NCBI GenBank assembly: GCA_002419365.1
Contig: DIGA01000095.1
Location: 17,636 to 81,635, forward strand
Length of the DNA: 64,000 bases
Reading direction: 5' to 3'
From: Mageeibacillus sp. UBA5734
GTDB lineage: Bacteria > Bacillota > Clostridia > Saccharofermentanales > UBA5734
A program made the position numbers and the translations under genes. Under the pieces are notes generated by a model that saw only the letters and a list, made by a program, of their open reading frames with translations, was not told where the DNA came from and ran no database searches. Positions 56,738-64,000 of the stretch are shown here, in pieces; positions within the stretch are counted from its first letter, which is position 1, and every line of letters begins with the position of its first letter.

Positions 56738-58603
56738 ATGTTTGACAAGTACCTGCAGCCCTTGAAACAGCATCTGACCCTGCGCCTGACAGCCGCACTG
56801 GTTTCCGTTGTCTTCGTCCTGACGATCCTCTTTCTGGTCTTCATCCAGTTTTTCTACAGCCGGACCATCCTGCACACAGCTGAGAACCTGCAAGCACAAA
56901 ATCATGCCCTGCTACAGAACATTATGGCATCGCGGGTCAAGGATTATCTGGATATTTGCTACATGACAGCCATCGATGCCGAGCTGCGTGCGGACCTGGT
57001 CAGGATCACCAACCACTATCGCAATGACCTGCCGATCGTCTACAGCAGTTTACGGAGCAATCTGCAACAGTATGCCAATTTCCGGTCGGACGTCCTGGCA
57101 ATCACGGCTGTGGCCATCAGTTCAGAAACCGTCCTGTACCAGAGGGTGTTTTCCGGCGATGCCAGCCGCAGCATCTGGCTCAGTCATCCATCCGGATATC
57201 TGGGCGAATTATGCAAGCAGGCCCAGAGCAGCGACCAGCTTTTTCTGGCTGTCCCTGATATCCAGATTCGAGACCGTTCCATTTTCCATGCGGTCATCGG
57301 GCTGCGCGACTACTACAACAAAAAGTCGATCGGAACCCTGATTTTCACCATCGATGCTCAACCCTTGTGTGAGAATCTCAGCTACAACTTGAAAACCCTG
57401 ACCAAGACTGTCCAGTTTGCCGATCCCGAAGAACTCAAGAATATGACCCAGGCGATGCTGGTCCTATCTTCGAGTCAGACGATTCTGGCCAGTCCTGATC
57501 TCAGCCAGGTCGGCAGTAGATTCGAGCCGCGGCCCAAGTCCAACTTGATCGAGACGAGTCTGAACCGCCAGGGTATCCAGCTGGTCAGCCAGATCGACCA
57601 ACGCCAGATTCTGGGCGGGATCAACCAGTTCAGAAACACCATGCTGATGGTCATCGGCGTGACGTTGATTCTCTATCTGGTCCTGCTTAGGTTGATTTTC
57701 CGCAAAATCAGCCGATCGCTGGATCAGATCCGCAATGGACTGGATGAGGTCCGGCACGGTTCGTTGCAAACCCGGATCGAAGTCAGCACCGAGGATGAAC
57801 TGGCTGAGATTGCAGAGACGTTCAACAATATGGTCGACCGGCTGCGAGTGACCACAGCCGAACGCGAGGCCCAGGCCATGGCGCGGATCCAGGCCATCAA
57901 TTTGCGTCGCGTGGCCGAAATCCAGACCCTCGAGTCGCAGATCAACTCCCACTTCCTCTACAACACCCTCAATGTCATCAACTATTCGGCGATCAAGGCC
58001 AAGGCGCTCGACGTCAGCCAGCAGATTCGCCAATTGGCCGAGGTTCTGCGCTACATCTTCAGCAAGAGCTCGCGCATTGTCCCGCTGAGCTGTGAAATCA
58101 CTTGGCTGGAGCAGTACCTGTTCCTGCAGAAGCAGCGTCAGGGCAACCTGATGACGACGGAGATCCAGGCAGAACCCGAGGTCATGGACTGGCCAATCCG
58201 TAAATTGCTCATCCAGCCTTTTGTCGAGAATGCCATTCAGCATGGTCTGTTCGACAAAAAGACCGGCGGGGTGCTGCGGCTGAGATTCAAACGATTTCAT
58301 GATGACCGGTTGCTGATCATCATCGAAGACAATGGCACGGGCATGAGCCAGAAAAAGCTGGATGAATTGCGCCGACTCTTTGCCACCCGGGAGATCCCGG
58401 ATGACCTCGGGGTTGGCCTGGTCAATGCCTGGTACCGGATCCGGGCCTATTACAACAATCAGGGTGCGGTCTATATCCAGAGCGCGCCCAATGCCGGAAC
58501 CCGATTCCTGATCCTGTTGCCCCGCCTCGAGAAAAAGTCAGACCAGCCCTGGTGGCAGCCAACTGATTTTGGATCAGACGATGTGCAAGACAACCAAACT
58601 TAG
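56738..58603 (+). CDS. Sensor histidine kinase, YesM-like
   Basis: 621 aa with two TM segments, HAMP, QINSHFLYNTLNVI H-box and an HATPase C-terminus. Confidence 0.9.
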   Translation: MFDKYLQPLKQHLTLRLTAALVSVVFVLTILFLVFIQFFYSRTILHTAENLQAQNHALLQNIMASRVKDYLDICYMTAIDAELRADLVRITNHYRNDLPIVYSSLRSNLQQYANFRSDVLAITAVAISSETVLYQRVFSGDASRSIWLSHPSGYLGELCKQAQSSDQLFLAVPDIQIRDRSIFHAVIGLRDYYNKKSIGTLIFTIDAQPLCENLSYNLKTLTKTVQFADPEELKNMTQAMLVLSSSQTILASPDLSQVGSRFEPRPKSNLIETSLNRQGIQLVSQIDQRQILGGINQFRNTMLMVIGVTLILYLVLLRLIFRKISRSLDQIRNGLDEVRHGSLQTRIEVSTEDELAEIAETFNNMVDRLRVTTAEREAQAMARIQAINLRRVAEIQTLESQINSHFLYNTLNVINYSAIKAKALDVSQQIRQLAEVLRYIFSKSSRIVPLSCEITWLEQYLFLQKQRQGNLMTTEIQAEPEVMDWPIRKLLIQPFVENAIQHGLFDKKTGGVLRLRFKRFHDDRLLIIIEDNGTGMSQKKLDELRRLFATREIPDDLGVGLVNAWYRIRAYYNNQGAVYIQSAPNAGTRFLILLPRLEKKSDQPWWQPTDFGSDDVQDNQT

Positions 58604-58624
58604 ATATTCCATAGGAGGACTACC

Positions 58625-60625
58625 ATGATTTTTCAAGAGAACAACCGTCTGGTTTATCGTTATGATGCTGAACAAGTCTGGATCGAGGCCTGGGGGCAAA
58701 ACAGCCTGCGCGTCCGTGCGACCAAGGTACATGAAATGCCCAAGTCCGACTGGTCGCTGCTCGAACCCGCTGCCACCGAGCCTGTAATCACACTGGACGA
58801 TATCGGCGGTGCAATGATGATCAACGGCAAAATCCGCTGTCATCTGGCTTCCAACGGCAAGCTGACCTTTATCAATCAGAAGGGTGATGTCCTGCTCCAG
58901 GAATACGTCCGCAACCGCCGCGAGGTCATCAAGGAATTCGCCAGCGCCCTGGAAATCGAAGCGCGTGAATTCAAGCCGGTCCTCGGCCATGATTATCAGC
59001 TGACAGCGCGTTTTGAATCAAATCCCGAAGAGAAGCTGTATGGCATGGGCCAGTATCAGCAGCCGCTGCTGAACATCAAGGGCTGTCGCCTCGAGCTGGC
59101 GCACCGCAATTCCCAGGCCAGCGTCCCGTTCTGTGTCTCGAGCCTGGGCTATGGCTTTTTCTGGCACAACCCCGGTATCGGTTCAGCGACTTTTGGCCGC
59201 AACGTGACTGAATGGGTCGCCGAATCGACCCAGATGCTCGACTACTGGATCACCGCCGGCGATACCCCGGCGGAAATTGTCGAGGCTTATGCGGATGCGA
59301 CCGGCAAGGTGCCGATGATGCCCGACTATGGCATGGGTTTCTGGCAGTGCAAGCTGCGCTACCAGACGCAGGAGGAATTGCTCGAAGTCGCCCGTGAATA
59401 CAAACGGCGCAACCTGCCGATCTCGGTTATCGTCATCGACTTTTTCCACTGGCCCAAGCAGGGTGAATGGAAATTCGACCTCGAATACTGGCCGGATCCG
59501 GATGCGATGATCCGCGAATTGCAGGAGATGGGCATCGAGCTGATGGTCTCGATCTGGCCGACCGTCGATAAAACCAGCGAGAACTACGATGAGATGGTCG
59601 AAAAGGGGTACCTCGTCCAGTGCGACCGCGGCATCCGGATCAACATGGATTTCCTTGGCAATACGGTCCATTTCGATCCGACCAATCCCGGTGCGCGTGA
59701 ATATGTCTGGCAAAAAGCCAAGCAGCACTACTATGACCATGGGATCAAGGTCTTCTGGCTCGATGAAGCGGAGCCAGAATACACGGTCTATGACTACGAG
59801 CTCTACCGCTATCACTTGGGCTCGGATGTCCGCGTGGGTAACATCTATCCGATGATGTATGCCAAGACGTTCTTTGACGGTATGCAGGCAGCTGGCCAGG
59901 AAAACATCATCAACCTGCTGCGCTGTGCTTGGGCTGGTAGCCAGCGTTATGGCGCACTGGTCTGGTCCGGCGATATCCACAGCAGTTTCGAATCGCTGCG
60001 CAACCAGTTTGCCGCTGGCCTGAACATGGGCATGGCCGGTATCCCCTGGTGGACCACCGATATCGGCGGCTTCCATGGCGGCATTACCGACGATCCGGAG
60101 TTCCACGAACTGCTGGTCCGCTGGTTTGAATATGGCGCCTTCTGCCCGGTCTTCCGCCTCCATGGCTATCGCGAGCCCCAGAAAGCGCCCCTTGGCACAT
60201 CGGGCGGCGGCATCTGCAACAGCGGCGCGGCCAACGAGGTCTGGAGCTTCGGCGAAGAAGCGTATGAGATCTGCAAGTTCTACATGGAGCTGCGCGAGCG
60301 GATGCGCCCCTACATCACCGACCTGATGGCAGCAGCCCACGAAAAAGGCTCGCCGGTCATCCGACCCCTGTTCTATGAATTCCCGGCTGATGACAAAGCC
60401 TGGCAGGTTGAGGACCAATATTTCTTTGGTCCCGACGTCCTGGTCGCTCCGGTTCTGTATGCCAAAGCCACCAACCGCGAGGTCTATTTGCCAGTCGGGG
60501 CGCAATGGACCGATGTCTGGACGGGCGCCGTCCATGCGGGTGGCCAGACCATCCAGGTTGACTGTCCGATCAGCCAGATCCCGCTCTTCACCCGCGACGG
60601 GGCTCAGTTGCCACTAAAAGGCTGA
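58625..60625 (+). CDS. Glycoside hydrolase family 31 enzyme (alpha-xylosidase/alpha-glucosidase-like)
   Basis: 666 aa with GIKVFWLDEAEPE (candidate nucleophile Asp region) and GG..WSGD blocks typical of GH31. AGGAGG RBS. Confidence 0.8.
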   Translation: MIFQENNRLVYRYDAEQVWIEAWGQNSLRVRATKVHEMPKSDWSLLEPAATEPVITLDDIGGAMMINGKIRCHLASNGKLTFINQKGDVLLQEYVRNRREVIKEFASALEIEAREFKPVLGHDYQLTARFESNPEEKLYGMGQYQQPLLNIKGCRLELAHRNSQASVPFCVSSLGYGFFWHNPGIGSATFGRNVTEWVAESTQMLDYWITAGDTPAEIVEAYADATGKVPMMPDYGMGFWQCKLRYQTQEELLEVAREYKRRNLPISVIVIDFFHWPKQGEWKFDLEYWPDPDAMIRELQEMGIELMVSIWPTVDKTSENYDEMVEKGYLVQCDRGIRINMDFLGNTVHFDPTNPGAREYVWQKAKQHYYDHGIKVFWLDEAEPEYTVYDYELYRYHLGSDVRVGNIYPMMYAKTFFDGMQAAGQENIINLLRCAWAGSQRYGALVWSGDIHSSFESLRNQFAAGLNMGMAGIPWWTTDIGGFHGGITDDPEFHELLVRWFEYGAFCPVFRLHGYREPQKAPLGTSGGGICNSGAANEVWSFGEEAYEICKFYMELRERMRPYITDLMAAAHEKGSPVIRPLFYEFPADDKAWQVEDQYFFGPDVLVAPVLYAKATNREVYLPVGAQWTDVWTGAVHAGGQTIQVDCPISQIPLFTRDGAQLPLKG

Positions 60626-60721
60626 AATCAGAACCTGTTTTTACGGAATCATCCATGAAAGTTGGCAGGCCGGGGCGCCTAGTCCGCGGCCTGCCATTTG
60701 CCAGCAACGAGGTTACCTATT

Positions 60722-63073
60722 ATGAAATTCACCGATGGCTATTGGCTGACCCGATCCGATGTCACGCTGCATCATGCGCATGATGTCGTGGATTATCGGA
60801 TCGATCCGCGCAGCTTTACCGTGTTCACGACAACCCGCCCCCTGACCTCGATCGGTAGCACAACCGACAATCCGACCATCACGATCGAGTTCAGTTCCCC
60901 CTTGCCGGATATCATCGCCGTCCGGGCTTGCCATTTCGATGGCGAGCTCGAGCGTGGTCCTCATTTCGAGCTCGGCCAGCACGATGATTTCCCGCTCGAA
61001 ATCGTCCTGGAGGGCGACCGGATTCGCCTGACCTCCGGCCAGACCTCCGTCCGCGTCCGGATCCAGGGGACTTGGACAGCCGATTATGACTTTGCCGGTT
61101 CATTTCTGACCAGCAGCAATTTCCGCCATTTGTCCTATGCCACCACCCAGGATGGCCGCTGCTATATGAAAGACCAGCTCGACCTGTCAGTCGGAGAAAA
61201 CGTCTATGGACTGGGTGAGCGGTTTACGCCCTATGTGAAAAATGGCCAGGTCATCGACATCTGGAATGAGGATGGCGGCACCAGCAGTGAGCAGGCCTAC
61301 AAAAACATCCCCTTCTATCTGACCAACCGCAATTACGGGGTACTCGTCAATCATCCGGAAAAAGTCTCTTTCGAGGTGGCTTCCGAGGTGGTCACCCGGA
61401 CCCAGTTTTCGGTTCCCGGCCAGCGCCTGTCCTATTTCGTGATCGGCGGGGATTCGCCCAAATCGGTCCTGATGCGTTATGCCGAGCTTTCCGGCAAGCC
61501 GGCCCTGCCGCCAGCCTGGTCCTTTGGCCTCTGGCTGACGACCTCTTTTACGACGGAATACAGCGAAGAGACCTTCAACTCGTTCATCAATGGCATGAAA
61601 TCGCGGCGGATCCCGCTGCAGGTCTTCCATTATGACTGTTTCTGGATGAAAGAGCTGGAATGGTGTGGCCTGGAATGGGACACACGGCGGTTCAGCGACC
61701 CGGCCGGCATGTTGGCCCGGATCAAGCAGGATGGTCTCAAGGTCTGCCTCTGGATCAATCCCTATGTCGCTCAGAAGAGCCGGATGTTTGCCGAAGGCAA
61801 GGCGAGTGGCTATTTCGTCCAAAAACCGGATGGCAGTGTCTGGCAATGGGACCGCTGGCAGGCCGGCATGGCCCTGATCGACTTCACCAACCCAGGCGCG
61901 GTCAGCTGGTTCCGCGAGAAGCTGAGGGCCCTCGTGCGGATGGGCGTTGACACCTTCAAGACGGATTTCGGTGAACGCATCCCGACGGATGTGGTCTATT
62001 TTGATGGATCCGATCCGCTGAAGATGCACAATTACTATACCTATCTGTATAACCAGACCGTCTTCAACTTGCTCAAGGAAGAACTGGGCGAAGGGCGGGC
62101 CTGTGTATTTGCCCGCTCGGCCACGGTTGGCGGCCAGCAATTCCCGGTCCACTGGGGCGGTGATTGCTCAGCCAATTACCCCTCGATGGCCGAGACCTTG
62201 CGCGGCGGCCTGTCTCTGAGCCAGTCTGGTTTTGGCTTCTGGAGCCACGACATCAGCGGCTTTGAGAAAACGGCCACGCCCGACCTCTATAAGCGCTGGT
62301 CGGCCTTTGGCCTGCTCTCCACGCACAGTCGCCTGCACGGCAACGAGTCGTATCGCGTCCCGTGGCTGTTTGATGAGGAATCGGTCGATGTGTTGCGCTT
62401 TTTCGTCGAACTCAAGTGCCGCCTGATGCCGTACCTGTTCAGTGCAGCCAGCGAAACCGCCCGTACGGGTGTCCCGGTCATGCGGCCGATGATGCTCGAG
62501 TTCCCCGCAGATCCGACCTGCGACGTCCTTGATCGCCAGTACCTGCTGGGCGAACATCTCCTGGTGGCACCAGTTTTCAGCCCGGATGGCCGCGTATCGT
62601 ATTACCTGCCTGCTGGCACCTGGACCCATCTGCTCTCGGGCACAACGGTCACAGGCGGCCGCTGGATCCAGGAGCAGTTCAATTACTATGGGCTGCCGCT
62701 GCTGGTGCGTCCCAACACCCTGCTCGCCACCCATGCCCAGACTCAAATGCCCGAATACGATTTTGCCGACCAGGCAGTTTTCCAGCTCTTCGCGCTCGAA
62801 GAGGGCCAGACGTCACGTGCGACCGTCTGTGATATAGCTGGGAAACCGGACATTGAAGTCGTTGTCATCCGCCAAGGCACGGAACTTGCCATCGAATGGA
62901 CCGGATCTGGCAAACCGTGGTCCCTGGTCCTGCGCAATATCCGGACCATCCAGTCCGTGACGGGCGGCCAGCTGGCCAGTCTGTATCATGCCGGCGAGCA
63001 TTTCCAGGGGCTGTCTCTGGATGTCTGCCTCCAGCCGGTGTCCGGCAGCAACCGGATGGTCGTCCAGCTGTAA
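60722..63073 (+). CDS. yicI: GH31 alpha-xylosidase, YicI-type
   Basis: Start set at ATG 60722 (MKFTDGYWL). Long colinear blocks match E. coli YicI from memory: VYGLGERFT, GGTSSEQAYKNIPFY, ALPPAWSFGLWLTTSFTT, KTDFGERIPTDV, FPVHWGGDC, GFGFWSHDI and HSRLHG..SYRVPW. Confidence 0.9.
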   Translation: MKFTDGYWLTRSDVTLHHAHDVVDYRIDPRSFTVFTTTRPLTSIGSTTDNPTITIEFSSPLPDIIAVRACHFDGELERGPHFELGQHDDFPLEIVLEGDRIRLTSGQTSVRVRIQGTWTADYDFAGSFLTSSNFRHLSYATTQDGRCYMKDQLDLSVGENVYGLGERFTPYVKNGQVIDIWNEDGGTSSEQAYKNIPFYLTNRNYGVLVNHPEKVSFEVASEVVTRTQFSVPGQRLSYFVIGGDSPKSVLMRYAELSGKPALPPAWSFGLWLTTSFTTEYSEETFNSFINGMKSRRIPLQVFHYDCFWMKELEWCGLEWDTRRFSDPAGMLARIKQDGLKVCLWINPYVAQKSRMFAEGKASGYFVQKPDGSVWQWDRWQAGMALIDFTNPGAVSWFREKLRALVRMGVDTFKTDFGERIPTDVVYFDGSDPLKMHNYYTYLYNQTVFNLLKEELGEGRACVFARSATVGGQQFPVHWGGDCSANYPSMAETLRGGLSLSQSGFGFWSHDISGFEKTATPDLYKRWSAFGLLSTHSRLHGNESYRVPWLFDEESVDVLRFFVELKCRLMPYLFSAASETARTGVPVMRPMMLEFPADPTCDVLDRQYLLGEHLLVAPVFSPDGRVSYYLPAGTWTHLLSGTTVTGGRWIQEQFNYYGLPLLVRPNTLLATHAQTQMPEYDFADQAVFQLFALEEGQTSRATVCDIAGKPDIEVVVIRQGTELAIEWTGSGKPWSLVLRNIRTIQSVTGGQLASLYHAGEHFQGLSLDVCLQPVSGSNRMVVQL

Positions 63074-63112
63074 GGCTTGGACTCGATTTGATAAGCACTT
63101 TCCTCCTCCCGC

Positions 63113-63154
63113 AAACACCCTGGGATCTTGCCCAAGAGCCCGGGGTGTTTTGTT
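63113..63154 (+). terminator. Probable rho-independent terminator after the alpha-xylosidase gene
   Basis: aaacaccctggg-N14-cccggggtgttt (one mismatch) followed by TGTTG. Confidence 0.5.
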
Positions 63155-63228
63155 GACGGGGAGGCGCATCGATCCAGCAACGACCCCATCTGCTGCACAT
63201 CTGTTGTGCCACAGATAAAAAGGCTTGA

Positions 63229-63242
63229 TTGAATCGATTCAA
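63229..63242. promoter_or_regulatory. Perfect 14-bp palindrome TTGAATCGATTCAA
   Basis: Read directly from the sequence. It lies in the AT-rich spacer upstream of the ATPase gene. Confidence 0.4.
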
Positions 63243-63256
63243 GAAATACTGGATTT

Positions 63257-63318
63257 ATATCGCTTCCAAGCGGATATATCATCTATATTATATAGACATA
63301 TCGATTTCAAGCGGATAT
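63257..63318 (+). repeat. Two 21-nt direct repeats, each an imperfect palindrome, with a 41-bp period
   Basis: ATATCGCTTCCAAGCGGATAT (63257-63277) against ATATCGATTTCAAGCGGATAT (63298-63318), 19/21 identical. They lie 47-108 nt upstream of the ATG at 63365. Confidence 0.6.
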
Positions 63319-63364
63319 TATTATTAGTAATAGCAGTGTTCTCCCCCTTTCACTGGAGGCTCTT

Positions 63365-64000
63365 ATGATTCAGAGATCCAAAGATTTGGCGTGGCTCAAG
63401 CAATGGTGTGGCCACGATGTGATTAAAATCATAACGGGTGTTCGGCGGTGCGGTAAGTCCACGCTCTTGCTTCAATATCGAGAGGAATTGATTCGGATTG
63501 GCACACCAGAATCCAATATCCTGTTTCTCAATTTTGAAAATTACATGCATGTCCAGTTGCGTCAGCCAGGGGCACTCCATCAGTATGTGCTGGATTATTT
63601 CAACGGTCGTGAATCAAACTGTCATCTGTTGCTGGATGAGATCCAGATAGTTGAGCAATGGGAAGATGTGATCAACTCTTTGCATTTAGACAAACGATTG
63701 GATATCGTCCTGACCGGTTCCAACGCCAATCTACTCGCATCGGAACTGGCAACGCGACTAGGCGGGCGCACTATTCAGCAAATGCTTTTACCCTTCTCCC
63801 TGGCCGAAGCTCGGGAACTTGTTCCAGATCTAACGCTGAATGATTATTTCCATTTTGGCGGTTTCCCCGGGGTTCTGCAACTATCCGATGAGCAGCAAAA
63901 GTTGAATTTACTGGATGATTTGACCGACAGCATCTTGTTTAAAGATATTTTATTGCGAGGCAATGTCGCAAATCCTATAACCTTGCAAAACTTGAGTCGA
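63365..64000 (+). CDS. AAA_14-type ATPase (DUF4143-family ATP-binding protein); first 212 codons, continues past the window end
   Basis: Not in the ORF track because it has no in-window stop. My translation is MIQRSKDLAWLKQWCGHDVIKIITGVRRCGKSTLLLQYREELI...LLLDEIQIVEQWEDVINSL..., with P-loop GVRRCGKST and Walker B LLLDEIQ. GGAGG lies 6 nt before the ATG. Confidence 0.75.
   Translation, partial: MIQRSKDLAWLKQWCGHDVIKIITGVRRCGKSTLLLQYREELIRIGTPESNILFLNFENYMHVQLRQPGALHQYVLDYFNGRESNCHLLLDEIQIVEQWEDVINSLHLDKRLDIVLTGSNANLLASELATRLGGRTIQQMLLPFSLAEARELVPDLTLNDYFHFGGFPGVLQLSDEQQKLNLLDDLTDSILFKDILLRGNVANPITLQNLSR

Noticed and set aside
63350-63580. 76-aa minus-strand ORF
   Set aside because: It is antisense to the 5-prime end of the P-loop ATPase gene, which has an RBS and Walker A/B motifs.

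Overview
This 64-kb chromosomal segment looks like it comes from a saccharolytic Gram-positive bacterium. The Firmicutes/Clostridia-like assignment is an inference from GGAGG-type RBSs, lipoprotein solute-binding proteins with Ala/Thr-rich tethers, and YesM/YesN-type two-component systems (TCS). Nearly all of the window is accessory sugar-uptake and catabolism loci.
(i) 1-11.9 kb, minus strand: TCS, CUT1 ABC transporter, a sulfatase with no signal peptide, a GH42/GHL6-like hydrolase, CutC and a transglutaminase-like protein.
(ii) 12.2 kb: a stand-alone 2x[4Fe-4S] ferredoxin.
(iii) 12.6-24.8 kb: a second TCS divergent from an operon with an orphan CUT1 binding protein, a complete CUT2 (ribose-type) ABC transporter, a LyxK-like FGGY kinase and a D-psicose/D-allulose 3-epimerase-family enzyme.
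(iv) An orphan RnfC-like protein and RarD.
(v) 27.2-38.4 kb: alpha/beta hydrolase, AraC regulator and two convergent TRAP-transporter operons. A degenerate copy of the rarD 3-prime end bounds this block on the right.
(vi) A class-II Fic protein and a second AraC regulator.
(vii) 40.7-47.9 kb: an ascorbate-family PTS operon with URO-D-like and HAD enzymes plus an MtlR/LicR-type PRD activator. Both promoters carry the same ~40-nt operator.
(viii) A 32-codon EAL-domain gene fragment, a GltS-like symporter, an acyltransferase and two HAD phosphatases.
(ix) 52.5-63.1 kb: a third TCS, a CUT1 ABC transporter and two GH31 enzymes, one a clear YicI-type alpha-xylosidase.
(x) A partial AAA_14/DUF4143-type ATPase behind an AT-rich repeat-bearing spacer.
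I recognised no rRNA, tRNA, CRISPR array, transposase or integrase. All family assignments come from motifs read by eye and recalled reference sequences. No searches were run.
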